Below, piece by piece: positions 1 to 13,430 of a DNA stretch of 64,000 bases. The notes below the pieces were generated by a model. The model saw only the letters and a program-made list of their open reading frames with translations, did no database searches and was not told where the DNA came from. The first letter of the stretch is position 1. Each line of letters begins with the position of its first letter. Source of the DNA: Squalus acanthias (taxonomy: Eukaryota); NCBI GenBank assembly GCA_030390025.1, contig CM059431.1, positions 97,652,001-97,716,000 of the forward strand, given 5' to 3'. The position numbers and the translations under genes were made by a program.

Positions 1-589
1 TGCCACTTACCCTTACTTCCAATCTCTATTGGTTTCATCATCTATATTAGCCTTTGTTGACTATCAAGGAAGAGGAAACAAATTAATGATGGTAAGATTT
101 TTGGATACTCTAATTATTGTTGGCAGTTTACTGCTTTTTCCAGTACACATGTCGTCAACCACTGATGTCATGGTTGCCTGCCCTGGTTCCCTAGATATAA
201 CATGGATCTAAAATCTCTCTTCTTGATTGAAATTTGACGGAGGTAGGTGGATCAGGAATGCTGGAGAAATTCTGACCTGTTTCCTGTATTCTATCTGTAT
301 TATGTTGTATTCAATTGCAGGACGATGTGTGATCAATTTGGACGGTCAGTGTCCTTTTCTAGTTGGGTTACCAGCTGTGCTCCCCAATTGGGTCACTCTG
401 CTGCTGGGATTTGCTTTTCCATGGTCTTAGTTTTCAATAAATTTTTTTGTAGCAAATGCAGGTGGGATGAAGGGCATTATTTAATCAGGAAGCGGAATTT
501 AATGCGACCCAGGAAATGCCACTGAGGGTAATTAGGGAGCAGTGCATGGGGTGGGGCAGGGGTGGTGGTCAGAAAGGACCACAGAAAAT

Positions 590-1640
590 ACCATCTACAG
601 GAATTGGAGGGAATGGGCTATATTCATCCAGGAGGGACTTTGGGACTTGCCACCGACAGGAACTGGAGGGAATGGGCAGCGTTCATGCAGGAGTGACCTT
701 GGGACTTGCCACCTACAAGAATTGGAGGGAATGAGCATTGTTCATCCAGGAGGGACCTTGGGGCTTGCCACCCACAAGAATTGGAGGGAATGGGCGCTGT
801 TCTTCCAGGAGGGACCTTGGGGCTTGCCACCTACAAGAATTGGAGGGAATGGGCGCTGTTCATCCAGGAGGGACCTTGGGGCTTGCCACCTACAAGAATT
901 GGAGAGAATGGGCGTTGTTCATCCAGGAGGGACCTTGGATCTTGCCACCTACAGGAATTGGAGAGAATGGGCAGTGTTCATCCAGGAGGGACCTTGGGAC
1001 TTGCCACCTACAGGAATTTGAGAGAATGGGCGGTGTTCATCCAGGAGAGACCTTGGGACTTGCCACCTACAGGAATTGGAGAGAATGGGCGCTGTTCATC
1101 CAGGAGGGACCTTGGGGCTTGCCACCTACAAGAATTAGAGGGAATGGGCGCTGTTCATCCAGGAGGGAGTTGGGGCTTGCCACTTACAGGAATTAGAGGG
1201 AATGGGCGCTGTTCATCCAGGAGGGACCTTGGGGCTTGCCACCTACAAGAATTAGAGGGAATGGGCGCTGTTCATCCAGGAGGGACCTTGGGGCTTGCCA
1301 CCTACAAGAATTGGAGGGAATGGGCGGTGTTCATCCAGGAGGGACCTTGGGGCTTGCCACCTACAAGAATTAGAGGGAATGGGCGCTGTTCATCCAGGAG
1401 GGACCTTGGGGCTTGCCACCTACAGGAATTGGAGAGAATGGGCGGTGTTCATCCAGGAGGGACCTTGAGACTTGCCACCTACAGGAATTAGAGGGAATGG
1501 GCGCTGTTCTTCCAGGACGGACCTTGGGGCTTGCCACCTACAGGAATTAGAGGGAATGGGCGTTGTTCATCCAGGAGGGACCTTGGGACTTGCCACCTAC
1601 AGGAATTGGAGGGAATGGGCGGTGTTCATCCAGGACGGCC
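590..1640. repeat. Minisatellite, ~59-bp unit, ~17-18 copies
   Basis: Unit gaatgggcgctgttcatccaggagggaccttggggcttgccacctacaagaattggagg repeated head to tail. Confidence 0.95.
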
Positions 1641-4449
1641 CATAGATGCTTAGGAATTGGCTTGGACTTTTGGATCCAGGAGAGAACGCTGAAGGATGTG
1701 GATGGCTTCTTCAGGATGGAAACTGCCAGACTTTCTTGATGAAAGGGATGAATGAACATCTGTTCAAGTTATTTGGATGTAGCCATGGGCAAGTTCAAAT
1801 CTCAAGAGACTGGAACAAGGAGGAAAACCTGGGGCATCAGTTGAAGTCTTCCACCCGAGCCGTTGTAATGCGGTAAATGTTTTCTCCAGGTACTAGTGCT
1901 CTCTCTGTTCAGTGAGGATAGCCTTAAGTCCATGCAATGCATCTTAATAGGATTCCTCCAGAGGTGCACAGATCTACAGAGACAAGTCACCTTGGCCAGG
2001 ACATTGATTTTTAATGCTTTAGGTTGCATCAAAAACCAATCGAGCTCTGAAGTCAAAAAATTGGGGCAGTTAGAGGTACTAAAATAATCAAGCAGGGTAG
2101 CAGGTACAATTAAATATAACCCTTCTGAAGTTTTCTTGGAGTAGTAGATTCCTAAATAGTCGCTCATAATTGGATTAGGTGTATGACACCCACCACATAA
2201 AATCAAGTAAATTCTAATCATAAAATACTTTTGAAAAGGGAATATCGGATAGCTGAAAAATGAAGGTGTCGAGTACAGTTTAAGTGAAGCTGTACGTAGC
2301 ATGACTGAATCAGAACACGGGGATATCAGAAATCGCTTCAACTGGGGGGTGGGGTACTGTAGATGGAGATTATTAATATTGTAATGATTTTTCACCCATT
2401 TCAGAGTTATCTAGAAGTAAAATGTTTCCATCTTTTGCAGGTAAATACTTGGAATAGAGAAATGATCCATATGTCATGCACTTTAATTCTCTTTTCTTTT
2501 ATAGCAGCATTGTAATTCTACAAACCTCATTCTGTATGGAGCCCACGTTAGTATATGCTGCTACAGAAATTAAAACACTCCACATGAATGGATAGAAGTA
2601 TTCCATATATTTACGGCCAGTACAGGACTTGGAAATAGTATGAAATGGGTTAAACGGCATTATTAATTCAAGATGTATTCATGTTCTTGTTTCATTGTTA
2701 AGATTACTTTCACCAGCACCCCTTAGTTTGTTTTATTTGCCATTGCCCATGTAACTGTAACAGTGCAGAGAATTGAGTCTTTAAGAGATTGAAAAATGTC
2801 AAAATGTTTTCCAGCTACGTAATTTGAATTTGACTTGATTTTGAAGTAATCCTAGCAAGGGGGATCATTCCCAATAGAAACGCTGAAACTGCCACAGGGG
2901 CTTCATGGAAACCTTACAGTTGTGGCAATGAGTGCGCAGTATCGCTTCCCCTCAGCACACAAGGCATACCGTTGAGGTATTTGTTGTGGAGATTGGTTTT
3001 AATGCTATGTAGGAACTGAGTTATAGATCTTTTAGATGTGCATGCTTTGTTTACCCTAATTTAAAAGTACTTCAGATATGTAAACTAATATAGTTAAGTT
3101 GAGAACTTTTTGTTTTAATGTAAGTTTTACACAATTTTTCGAGAAAAAAAAAGTGGTTTACTTATTGAAATTAATTGCCGCATGATTGTAACCAGGAACA
3201 ATTTGATTGTTGAAAGCGATATGAAACTTGCTGCTTATTTAGATATAAAATGATAACTGCTTTACTTTGGAGAAAACTGCAGTAACAGTGTTGACTTAAC
3301 GTTGAATTTAACGCCATACTTGGAAAGAAATTGAGATTTCCTTACCAGTTCCTTTAACACCTATTTTCCTCTACTCATTCTCCCTCCCCGCCCTGCTCGA
3401 ATCCTACATGGCACTGTAAGAAATTATGACCCCATCAGTTTATCAATCCTACCTGCGAATATTAAAATGTCATTTCAGTAACTTAAAATGCATTTAGATT
3501 TGTAATTGACCTTTTTTTTCAACTCCAGGTTCCACATTTCCCCTCCGTCATATATCTGTAAATATCGCAATGCAACCTCGATAACTGTTCGCTTTATAAC
3601 ACAGGCAACAAGTAACTTCTCAGCAAATTTTGGAAAGCCATTTTCTGGAAGTACAATATGTTTAACAACAAATATAATTTAATATTCTTCTCCCCAAAAT
3701 GTCATGACCTGTTTCTCACTCTCCATTTTCGAAAGCAATCCAATTTGTCGTTGTCAAGGTATCCAACTTGTCAGGCCATTAACTTTATTGTCTGACTCAG
3801 TAAATCTGAACCATAACTTCATTCGGACTCTCCTTCCAAAAGTGGCCACAAGGTGAGCTGTCATTGTGTCTGATTGGTAACCTATTCTGCATGGCACACA
3901 GAAAAGAAAGTGGTGACTGGGACAATTTGGTTCACCTGTTTGTTTGATAAATGCTCCTATTTGTCGGCTTACTCATTTCCCAGTACTGCAGCAACAAATC
4001 ACTTCCTACTATCTTCGCCCTTTCGGAGGGGGTTTGGAACTGCGTCTGTGCCTTTATCCCTTTACCATGTAGATGTGCGATGCAAGAATCCGTCAAGATC
4101 GAGATTTCACAGGAAAACAGTTGCGGTAAATGATGCACAATAACCATTTTGCTGTAAAGTGTAGGCTCTATTGGGGGTTCACAGAACATTAATAAACCAC
4201 CCTGGCATCACACACTTAATTTATATCATCGAAACCCCTTTGGTTACATTACAATCTTCCAACAGACACCAGCACACCTATCCTGTGCGTATTTGTAATT
4301 GGGATTTATTAAATGAAGGTGGTGTGGACACATAATGATGTCACTCGGATATCCGTACCATACAGTGGTTAGTAGTGAGCAATATGTTTTCTGTACTATG
4401 TTCACTTGAGCTGTGGAAAAACTCCAAAATGGTCATTCCTGCGTTCTGT

Positions 4450-4770
4450 CCGCCAATCCTTTGGATGCGATGTTAACTCGTGGCCCTGTCTGCCTATTCA
4501 GGTGGGTGTTAAAGATCCCAGGCCGCTATTCATAGATGAGCAGGCAGTTCTACCAAGGTCTCAACCAACATTCCTCCTTCAATCGTCAGTGCCAAAAATG
4601 GATTAACTGGCCATTTATCTCATTCGCTGTTTATGGAACCTTGCTGTGCACGAATTGGCTGCCGCATTTGGCTACAACGTGAGTGACTACAAAAAGAAGT
4701 AATTCAGCCCATGTGAAGCATTTTGGAACATCTCAAGGACATTATATGAATACAAGTTCTTGATTTTATT
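4450..4770 (+). mobile_element. Degenerate Deu-domain SINE (SacSINE1/AmnSINE1-like)
   Basis: aaagatccca...cttgctgtgcacgaattggctgccgcattt core and L2-type tail; similar to the copy at 24830-25160. Confidence 0.7.
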
Positions 4771-5033
4771 TCTTTCAGCCACGTTTGTGTTGAGTCTGGG
4801 GAGAGACGCAGGATTCTCTCGGGTTTTGGTTTTCCAGCATTATTTGAGCGGCTGAGGCAGAAGATTGGCCGGGGTCCCCATTCCTCTCTACCCCCACCAT
4901 TTATACAACCATAAGGATCTTCCAGCATCGATCCTGCCAGACGCCAGGACTGCTTGACTCGATGCTGATACTCTGATTTTTTGGCCCCTGTTCTACTTTA
5001 CGATATGAGCGGTACTCTTAATACCTTCTGCAA

Positions 5034-5385
5034 TGGAACATAGGAACAGGAGGAGGCCATTCAATTAGATCATGGCCGATCTGTACTTTAACTAATGGAA
5101 GAAGAACAGAACAATCAATTGCAGCACAGATAGAGCAAGCTGAGAGAAAACTAGATTGCTATGAACATAACATAGGAACAGGAGGAGGCCATTTAGCCCC
5201 TCGAGCCTGTTCCACCATTCAATGAGATCATGGCTGATCTGTGACCTAATTCCATGTACCCGCCTTTGCCCCACATCCCTTAATACCTTTGGTTAACAAA
5301 AATCTATCAATCTCAGATTTAAAATTAACAATTGACCCAGCATCAATTGCCGTTTGCGGAAGAGAGTTCCAAGCTTTTACCACCC
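5034..5385 (-). mobile_element. CR1 (HER1-like) LINE 3' end fragments
   Basis: acataggaacaggaggaggccatt...gatcatggctgatctg tail; minus-strand ORF RVVKAWNSLPQTAIDAGSIVNFKSEIDRFL is the CR1 ORF2 C-terminus. Confidence 0.85.
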
Positions 5386-5389
5386 TAAC

Positions 5390-5900
5390 TTTGACAGGAG
5401 ATCCAATGATACTCGTTTTGAATTGCACGCCGCCAGAATCCATTGAAGTCTTCTGAGATGTTCAAGTCAATGACTGATGATTCACCATGAAGTGTGCAAT
5501 GATACCACTAATGGGCTGGCCATGCAGAACGCTATATTGGTGATCGTGGTTTACACCAGAAGTGTAAAGTGATGAATAACTTCAAGGTTAACTGCAGCTT
5601 TCATTACTTTAGAAAGTACCAATGTAAGGGCTCTTGTTCGAGAGTTCAGAAGGATCAGCTTTGTTAGGGATAGGCTGAACCCGAGCAAAATTGCATGGAA
5701 ATGGAACAATGGACTGGGCGAGAGAGATTGTAAAGACAGCGAAGGGCAGGGACACGTGTTTTGAGGATGCTAGGAGGGATACCCCTAGGACCAGGAGGCT
5801 TACTGGAATATCAGATTCAACAAACCTGGTGGTCATGATGGCAGAAACAGAATGGAGCATTGGTTCTATTCCAAGATCATCAAAGTTGAGTTGGAGGCAA
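5390..5900 (-). mobile_element. Ancient LINE reverse-transcriptase remnant
   Basis: Minus-strand translation SLAQSIVPFPCNFARVQPIPNKADPSELSN resembles the RT N-terminal motif G.VP..WK.A.V.PIPKKGD.....NYRPI. Confidence 0.4.
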
Positions 5901-7577
5901 AAAGTGGTGCTGAAAGGTCATATGCAAGATTGCGGATAATTGGGCCAGTGACCATTCTTATGAAGCCAACATTTTAATACTTGGAGATCGTTGTACACTG
6001 AAAAATGTCTCCCTTCTCGGCTTAGCTGAGGTGGATATTATATTCCTGCATTATTTCCAGCACTTGCACCATTTATTGAAGTATGAATCTTAACTAGGCA
6101 CGAAAACTGAAGGGCATTTCAAAGCTTACGTTATCAACTGCCTGCCTCAAAAACTTTTGTTCCAAGTGTGTGTTCCACCATAGATTTGTGTCAGGTGTTC
6201 TGAGCTGCTTTTGTGGGAATTTTGAGGAAAAGCTGCATTCCTATTTATGTATATATTTAAATTGATTATTAGCTGAAATACAAGAGCTTGTGGTCACTGT
6301 TGAAGGTTGTTCTCTTTGCATTGGACACATTATAAATTTGACACAAAAACTGAAAAATGCAACTGAACTTAAAAAGTATTTTATAATGTAATGCACAAAC
6401 CTTATGAAGATCAGCTTAAATTTAAGTATCATCCAAGTATTTCTGCTCCCTTACGCTATGATGTCCTTGTTGAGTATTTTAAATAAATCTTGATCAAACT
6501 TAAATGAGTTTCTATTTCTTTCACTAGGTTGCTTTTGAAAATGTGATTACTTTAGGATCATTTTTGAAACCATGAACTGCTGTTTGGATTTTTTTCAACC
6601 AAACTTAAGAATTATTCCCTCTTAAATGTACATGCTACTAGTATAGCACTACTGCCTTTTCATGGCCCCCTTCCCACCACCATCCATATTGTTTGCAATA
6701 GAAACTGGAACCATAATCATTCACATACCTTTAAACACTGAATTAATGCCGTTGTAAGTTAGACTGTAACCCAAGTGCTGTTTGTGTCTGTTATCAATTA
6801 GCCTGGTGTCAACACTTCTCTGGTGCTCAATTACTAAAGCTGGCAAGCAAAATTGTGCAAAGTATAAGTGGAGTAGATTTTAAGTTCTAAGCAAAGATGG
6901 CCATGCCATGCAAGTATAAGAAAAGGTAATCTTTGACCGTGTTTGTAGGAGTGTCCCATAAACCAATGCTCCCAACACATTGACTGCCCCTTGTCTATCC
7001 ATTATTGCCCATTTGTCAATTGCTGCCGGCTTTTGTTTCCACAGCACTGCTCTTCTGTTAAGTCTGTTGCCATCAAAGAGGATGGCATCGATCCAAGCAT
7101 ATTTACAGCCTCTCCAATGTGGCTGAAGTTTCCCCAAGTTTCTGGTTCCGTTTCAGGTTATCCTTGAAATGTTTCTTCCTCCCGTTTACAGGTGGCTGTA
7201 CAATACAGCTTTGGGCAGTCATTCACCCAACATACCGATACAATGTGCAGGCCACTGGAATTATGCCCATTTCACCATGCCTGACCCGGTCAGGTTGGTG
7301 CACTGCATCTCACCATGGTGTTCTTTCTTACCACTAAATTTTCATGGACTTATACCGCACACTAAAGCTTTCTAGCTTCTTTACATGTTGATGAAGAGTC
7401 TCGAATTTCAAACCTTATAAAAGTGAGGGAGCATGCCAAGTACATAAAACTGTTCATGGCATTTACTGTTGTGTCCTTATCATGATCTTGGATTCACTAT
7501 AAGGTTGGCCTTGTACAGTCTGGTGTATAACTTTGTCTCCTTTAAGCTGGTCAACCCATAACAATAGGCCAATCACT

Positions 7578-8720
7578 TCTCTTCTTAGGCAGTCCCTCGG
7601 AACCGAGGATGACTTGCTTCCACACTAAAAATGAGTTCTCAGGTGACTGATTCCAAGGCGGGACCTACAGTCTCTGTCACAGGTGGGGCAGACGGTGGTT
7701 GAAGGGGCGGGTGGGTGGGGTGCTTGGGTTGACGTGCGTTCCTTCCGCTGTTTGCGCTTGGCTTCCGCTTGCTCCCGGCGAAGAGACTGGAGGTGTTCGC
7801 CGCCTTCCCGGATGCGTCTCCTCCACTTTGTGCGGTCTTGGGCCAGGGATTCCCAGGTGTCGGTGGGGATCTTGCACTTTTTCAAGGAGCCTTTGAGGGT
7901 GTCCTTGAAGCGTTTCCTCTGCCCACTTGGGGCTCTCTTGCCGTGTCGGAACTCCGAGTAGAGCGCTTATTTTGGGAGTCTCTTATCGGGCATGCGGACG
8001 ATGTGGCCCATCCATCGGAGCTGGTCGAGCGTGGTCAAAGCTTCGATGCTGGGGATGTTGGCCTGAGCAAGAACACTGACGTTGGTGCGCCTATCCTGCC
8101 AATGGATTTTGCAGGATCTTGCGGAGGCAGCGTTGGTGGTACCTCTCCAGTGCTTTGAGGTGCCTGCTGTACATGGTCCATGTCTCTGAAGCATACAGTT
8201 CCTACAGCGGGTATCACTACCGCTCTGTAGACAATGTAGGCCAATCGCTAACCTGCTGTCAATCAGCATCAGAATGGGGGAGTGTTGCACAGTGACCAGC
8301 GAATTAAAGTTCACTGATGACGTGTGGCTTTATATTGCATTTGGTCTTTGGTCTGGTGGGGTTGCAAATACACTATTTGTCCAGAATCACGTCAACACCT
8401 CTGTTCAAATCTGTCGTGAAATCGCTGCGAGATCCGAGGGGTTTACACAGCCCTGCTTCGCATCGTGTCTTATAGGGAATGTGTCAGGTGTGCTGCTGTC
8501 ACCAGTTACTGTCCCCGTCACACGTTGCCTGACTTGTGTTGATGAGCTTATTGGGAATGGCCAGACTTGCTCACCAGCTTCCAGAGTCCTTGGCTGATGG
8601 CACCGAGGGCCCATCAATGAACGCTGAGTACGGCGGTTGATGTTATCTTTGACCTTTCTGTATCTGTTGGGCCATGAACTGTCCTACGCTTTGCACAAAA
8701 GAACCCACATTGTGCTTTAA
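7578..8720 (-). mobile_element. RTE-clade LINE, 3' portion
   Basis: IHWQDRRTNVSVLAQANIPSIE...QLRWMGHIVRMPDKRLPK; C-terminal CPTCDRDCRSRLGISHLRTH; gaagaga-type tail; older upstream piece DTFPIRHDAKQGCV. Confidence 0.85.
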
Positions 8721-8854
8721 GCAGTAAATCACCCACAAGATTTACCGAAAGTTGGTTACATTTCAGCTTCGTCCCTCGTGGTGGGCAGAAAAAAGATGTA
8801 ACGTTCTGTGGTCAGATTTTTGTTCCTTTCACATCTGAATGGGAACATCTGATG

Positions 8855-9145
8855 TGTCTGGGAGATCAGATACTCTCCTCAGTCAGGTGCAACAGTTGCA
8901 GGGGACTTTGTGCAATAGTCACCGTCGTGTCTTGGAGATCAGATACTCTCCTCAGTCAGGTGCAACAGTTGCAGGGGACTTTGTGCAATAGTCACCGTCG
9001 TGTCTTGGAGATCAGATACTCTCCTCAGTCAGGTGCAACAGTTGCAGGGGACTTTGTGCAATAGTCACCGTCGTGTCTTGGAGATCAGATACTCTCCTCA
9101 GTCAGGTGCAACAGTTGCAGGGGACTTTGTGCAATAGTCACCGTC
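8855..9145. repeat. Tandem repeat, 73-bp unit, ~4 near-identical copies
   Basis: gagatcagatactc recurs at 8862, 8935, 9008 and 9081. Confidence 0.95.
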
Positions 9146-11669
9146 ACATTTGTGTATTGCAACCTGGGGCTTAGCGGCTTTTCATTTGTTGCAAGGCTTT
9201 GCACACTCAGCTATGGTAGGTTGTAGCAGATTTCTCTCTCTCTCTTTCATCTTGTCTAAAGTTGCTTCAGAAGAACAGCTGAGAAGTGAGTGGAAATGTT
9301 CTTTACAATGAGATAAAATGCCCTTGTGGACCAGATTTCCAGGAGTTGCCTCTTGCATCCTGTTGCAATTTAAGATCACAACTTTGCAGACTCGAGTTTT
9401 CAGGACATCAGTGATGTTTTCGTGACCTTGTTGACGGTTGCTAGCTCTGCGCCATTCCAGCAGCACGTGTAGCTTCCTTCAACTCTAGTCAGTTCACTCT
9501 CTTCCGTTGATTGTGTTTCACTCAAGACCACAGTGTCTAGTGAAATAATTATTTTGCAATCAGCTGGGGTTGTTTTTCTTGGCTGTTCAAATCTTTGAGT
9601 CCCATCTCACAGCGTTCTACCATTCCAAGTGCTGAAAATGAGCCTTTCTTTATTTTATAACTTTGACTGTGTGAGCAGATGCCTGTGAGAAACTGGGTGT
9701 GAAGCAGTAATATTTGAGCCACGTTTCTAGGCTGCTGGCGATGTTGCTAAATAGGGCTGTTTAGTTAGCCAGAGGGTGCTGCTGAATATTAACATTGCTT
9801 CATTAGGCTAAATGAGCAATCAACGCCCTGGACCGCATGTGTGCAAGCCAGCAATCATACTTTCCAGTCTCCACTTGCCTTGGGACTTGATTGCAGGTGA
9901 GTGTGCTTGTGTGATGTGCTCACTTGACAGCACCTGTCTGGTGCCGGTTGTAGGAAGTGCTCAAATGACCCAACGATTGGATTGGATTGCCATTGGCTGA
10001 TGAAAATGCCAGCTCATCCACCTACCTGTTCCAAGTGCTCCTCCGTCTATCTGTCTAAAGCTGTAGATGCTACTTGGCCTGTGTCTGCCCTTCTTCTTGC
10101 CTTTGTCCCTTGGAGATCCTTTGCCAAGTTCAATGAGGAGGTGTAACCCCGAGTCCAGTTCGACATTACACCCTGTGGCTCCGGGACCCTTGGACGTGTC
10201 TGGCACGTTTTACCCAGTTACAAATATTTACAGCAGAGCTTCCTGTCTTCCTAGGGCAGGTTAATAATCTTGAATTTTTCCAAAGTTAGAGAGAGGAGTG
10301 TAAATAATACTCTATTAATTATGACTCCCAAGTGCACCAAACAGGGCCCCAACCAACTTCATCTTACCAATTGCACATTGAATTTTCAAGTATGAAGCAG
10401 CACTGCCACTGATTTATGTTTTATCAATCCATGAAAGGGGGTGGGGGGGAGGCAATGGGTTAGATTGGGCTTTGGATATTGGTTGTCGTTGCTCATGTAC
10501 AGAAATGGATGCCAGTTCTTGCTCCCTTTGACCGTGCCCATGCTGAGACACTTCTGGGAGATCTGCAGTATTGCCATGGACTGTATCTTGCCTGTCAGAT
10601 CACTTTTGTTTGCCAGACAGTTGTATCTGGATGTCCTCTGCAAAAAAAACACTCTGTATATTTAAAAAAAACCTTGCATAGTGTATATACACCCAGTCCA
10701 CAAACTTTACATCCTGTTGTCACATTTCTTGGTATTGTTCTTGTGTCAGCATTTACCACTTTAAATTGCTATGTCAATATTTCCCATCAATTTCGCTGTG
10801 TCAAGTATCACAATGACATTGCAGGCTTTGGCCACTAGGCAGCTGTGGTGTGAGTTTCTGAAGTCTCCCAACTGTGTCACCAATTTGTATATTAAACTTA
10901 AATTCATAAACTTACCACAGGCAACCCCATGAACAATTTACTTTTATTATTAAAGTGTGTTTTTTCATTTCCAGCCTCTCCCCAGGAAAACTAGAAGACT
11001 AAGCATATTCTAGTTAGAAATTGAAATGAGCCTGCTTCACTTGAATATTATTGGATGAAATTACATTCCTAACCTGTTAACCTGTAGGATTTTGTTGCTG
11101 TTAGTTCCTGCCTCTGAAAAGCACCCAGCGTTACCAGAAACAAGATGCTGATCGCGCTAGTTTGCAAGAATTGCAGGATTTGTCACAGCTTGTCTTGCCG
11201 TGACAAATCTGATTACTGATTTAACCCTCTTAAAAATTGTGGTAGTTTTACACCACATTAAAAAAAAATGCTTTGCAAGTGCAAAATGCACATTTTATTT
11301 TTTAAAAAGCACCCTGAAACTCTGGTAATAGATTTACCCGCTGTAACGTAATGAGAATCTGGCTTTTGATTCCATTGATTGTTGCTTTATATGTTTTAGA
11401 TGACATTTGACTGATTTGTAGAATGCAGGGCAATGATTGAGTCTGGGGAAATCATTCCTAAGGGCTCAAAAGTTAAGTGAAGCCCAAGAGCAAACAGCCA
11501 GCTTAATAGCACTAATGTTCCAGGCTTCTGAGAGAAAACTTAGCTTTACTGAAACACGGGCCTTATGGATATTGAAAAGTGAACTTTATTCACTATTACA
11601 CTCTCTAATTCCAACCTTACTGCCAGCCAAGCTCACCTCTTCCTGTCCACATAAAATTTGAGGCTTGAC

Positions 11670-13430
11670 AGTTCCTGTTTCAACAAGAAGTAACTACTTA
11701 CAGTTTTAACATCGCGAATATCACAAGGTGCTTTCCAGGAAGGTGGGGGTGGGGGCAAATTAAATGCCGAGTAGGAATTGGGGGTTGGGGGAAGAGTTGC
11801 TGAGGTGTTTAAAGGCACGCTCAAAGAGGTGGGTGTTGAGGCTTATGAAGATGAAAGATGAGGCGCGTGATCTTGGGAGAGAATGTTGGAGTGCGGGGGT
11901 CATGAAGACTGAAGGCTGTACAAGGAGCATGGGGTGAGGAGGGAGTGAAGCGTAGCGTGAAAGTGGAAATCAGCGGGTGATGCATGATAGTCCAGACTGA
12001 AAAAAGTGGAGGGTGTAAATGGGATGTGGGGTTGGTATAGGAGTAGGGTGGATTGAGGCTGTAGAATGTTTTCTCGATGAGGACAATGATTTTGAAATAA
12101 AAATTCTTTGGGGAATGAGGAGCCATTGGAGTTCAGAGAGCACAGGGCGGAGGGTGAGCAGGACTTAAGCACAGCATCGGATGCAGGCGATAGAATCTGG
12201 CTGGGTTGTCCCATGTGCTGATGGAACCCGGGAGGTTGATGAGAGCCTGTGGATGAGGGTTTCACTGTTGTGGGTGAGTTAGAGGTGGTCCTGGCGATGG
12301 ACCAGATTTGTGTTTTGAAGCTCAGCTCTGGGTCGGGCAGCACTGAGATTACACACTATCTGGTTCAGCTCCAGCACACAGCCAAGAAGCAGAGTGGGTG
12401 AAATCAGGATGGGGTGAGGAGTTTCTGCTTCGAAGCAAACAGCACAGCTTCGATTTTTGTCAATGTTTTTGGGGAACTCTGGCTATTCCACAGATAGACA
12501 GTTAGACAGTGAGGGTGTAAGTAGAGAGGTGTAAAGCTGGTTGTAGTCAACATACATTTGGGAGCTAGCCTTTCCTTAGAGGTGATGTCTCCGGAAGGCA
12601 GCATTATTTGAAGAATGGGGGTTGGGGTGCCAAGGATTGAATCTAGGATCATGCCGGAGGTGACAGCGTGAGCTCAGAAAGCACGGCCATTGCTGAAGAT
12701 GTGCTAGCTGTGCTGGAACATGTAGGACTGGGACCATGAGAGGTGGTACCACAGAGCAGAGGTAGTAGAGGAGGATAGAGTGACCAACTGCGTCCAAGGT
12801 CAACGAGGGTGGAGATACTGGAGTCACGTGGAATATCATGGGTGACTTTGACCAGTTGGGACAGAGCCAGACTGAAGGGACGCAAAACTTGCTGGATTAG
12901 CGAGGAGTTGGGTGTTGACAATGTGAGATTAGAAACGGCTGTAACTGGAGAGACGAGTGGTAAGTGAGCTCTTTGAGTAGAGAGTTGCAGTTTTGAATGG
13001 GGTGGAGAGGGGATGCGGGGGAAGAACAGTACAGGAGAAGCGGGGGCTGTTGACACTGTCCGTGAGCTTTTGGCCAAGGAGAGGTCGTTGACGGTCAGAA
13101 GAGGCTGGTGGATCTTGTAGAGGAGCAGGGTTTGACTAGGGCATAGGGGAGGAGCTGAAGAATATTTTGGAGTAAAGGGGGGCTGGGGTTGGGGCAAGTG
13201 GTGGATATTTTGGGTTAAGGGGAATTGGGGTTGGGGCAAGTGGTGGATATTTTGGGTTAAGGGGAATTGGGGTTTGGGCAAGTGGTGGATATTTTGGGTT
13301 AAGGGGAATTGGGGTTGGGTCTGCAAGAGGTTGGAGACAACTGAGCGGATGGTCACCATTTTGGATACAAAGGAATGAATTATTGCACCTGGTGTCGGAG
13401 GTGAGGACGGAGTTCGACGGGTTTTGGAGG
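11670..13430 (-). mobile_element. Highly degenerate L2 LINE
   Basis: Minus-strand remnants LVKVTHDI and DAVGHSILL of L2 RT; degenerate L2 3' tail near 11700. Confidence 0.55.
13178..13320. repeat. 42-bp tandem repeat, ~3.5 copies
   Basis: ggggaattggggttggggcaagtggtggatattttgggttaa repeated. Confidence 0.85.

Noticed and set aside
1..600. Upstream ANKRD10 ankyrin exons (e.g. GETPIHKAA)
   Set aside because: Not found in the window; they presumably lie upstream of position 1.
542..1491. Repetitive ORFs, or a CRISPR-like array
   Set aside because: Head-to-tail 59-bp repeat with no unique spacers, in vertebrate DNA with no cas genes.
9868..9896. Possible 29-nt exon ending at CAG|GTGAGT
   Set aside because: Strong donor but weak acceptor and no other support.
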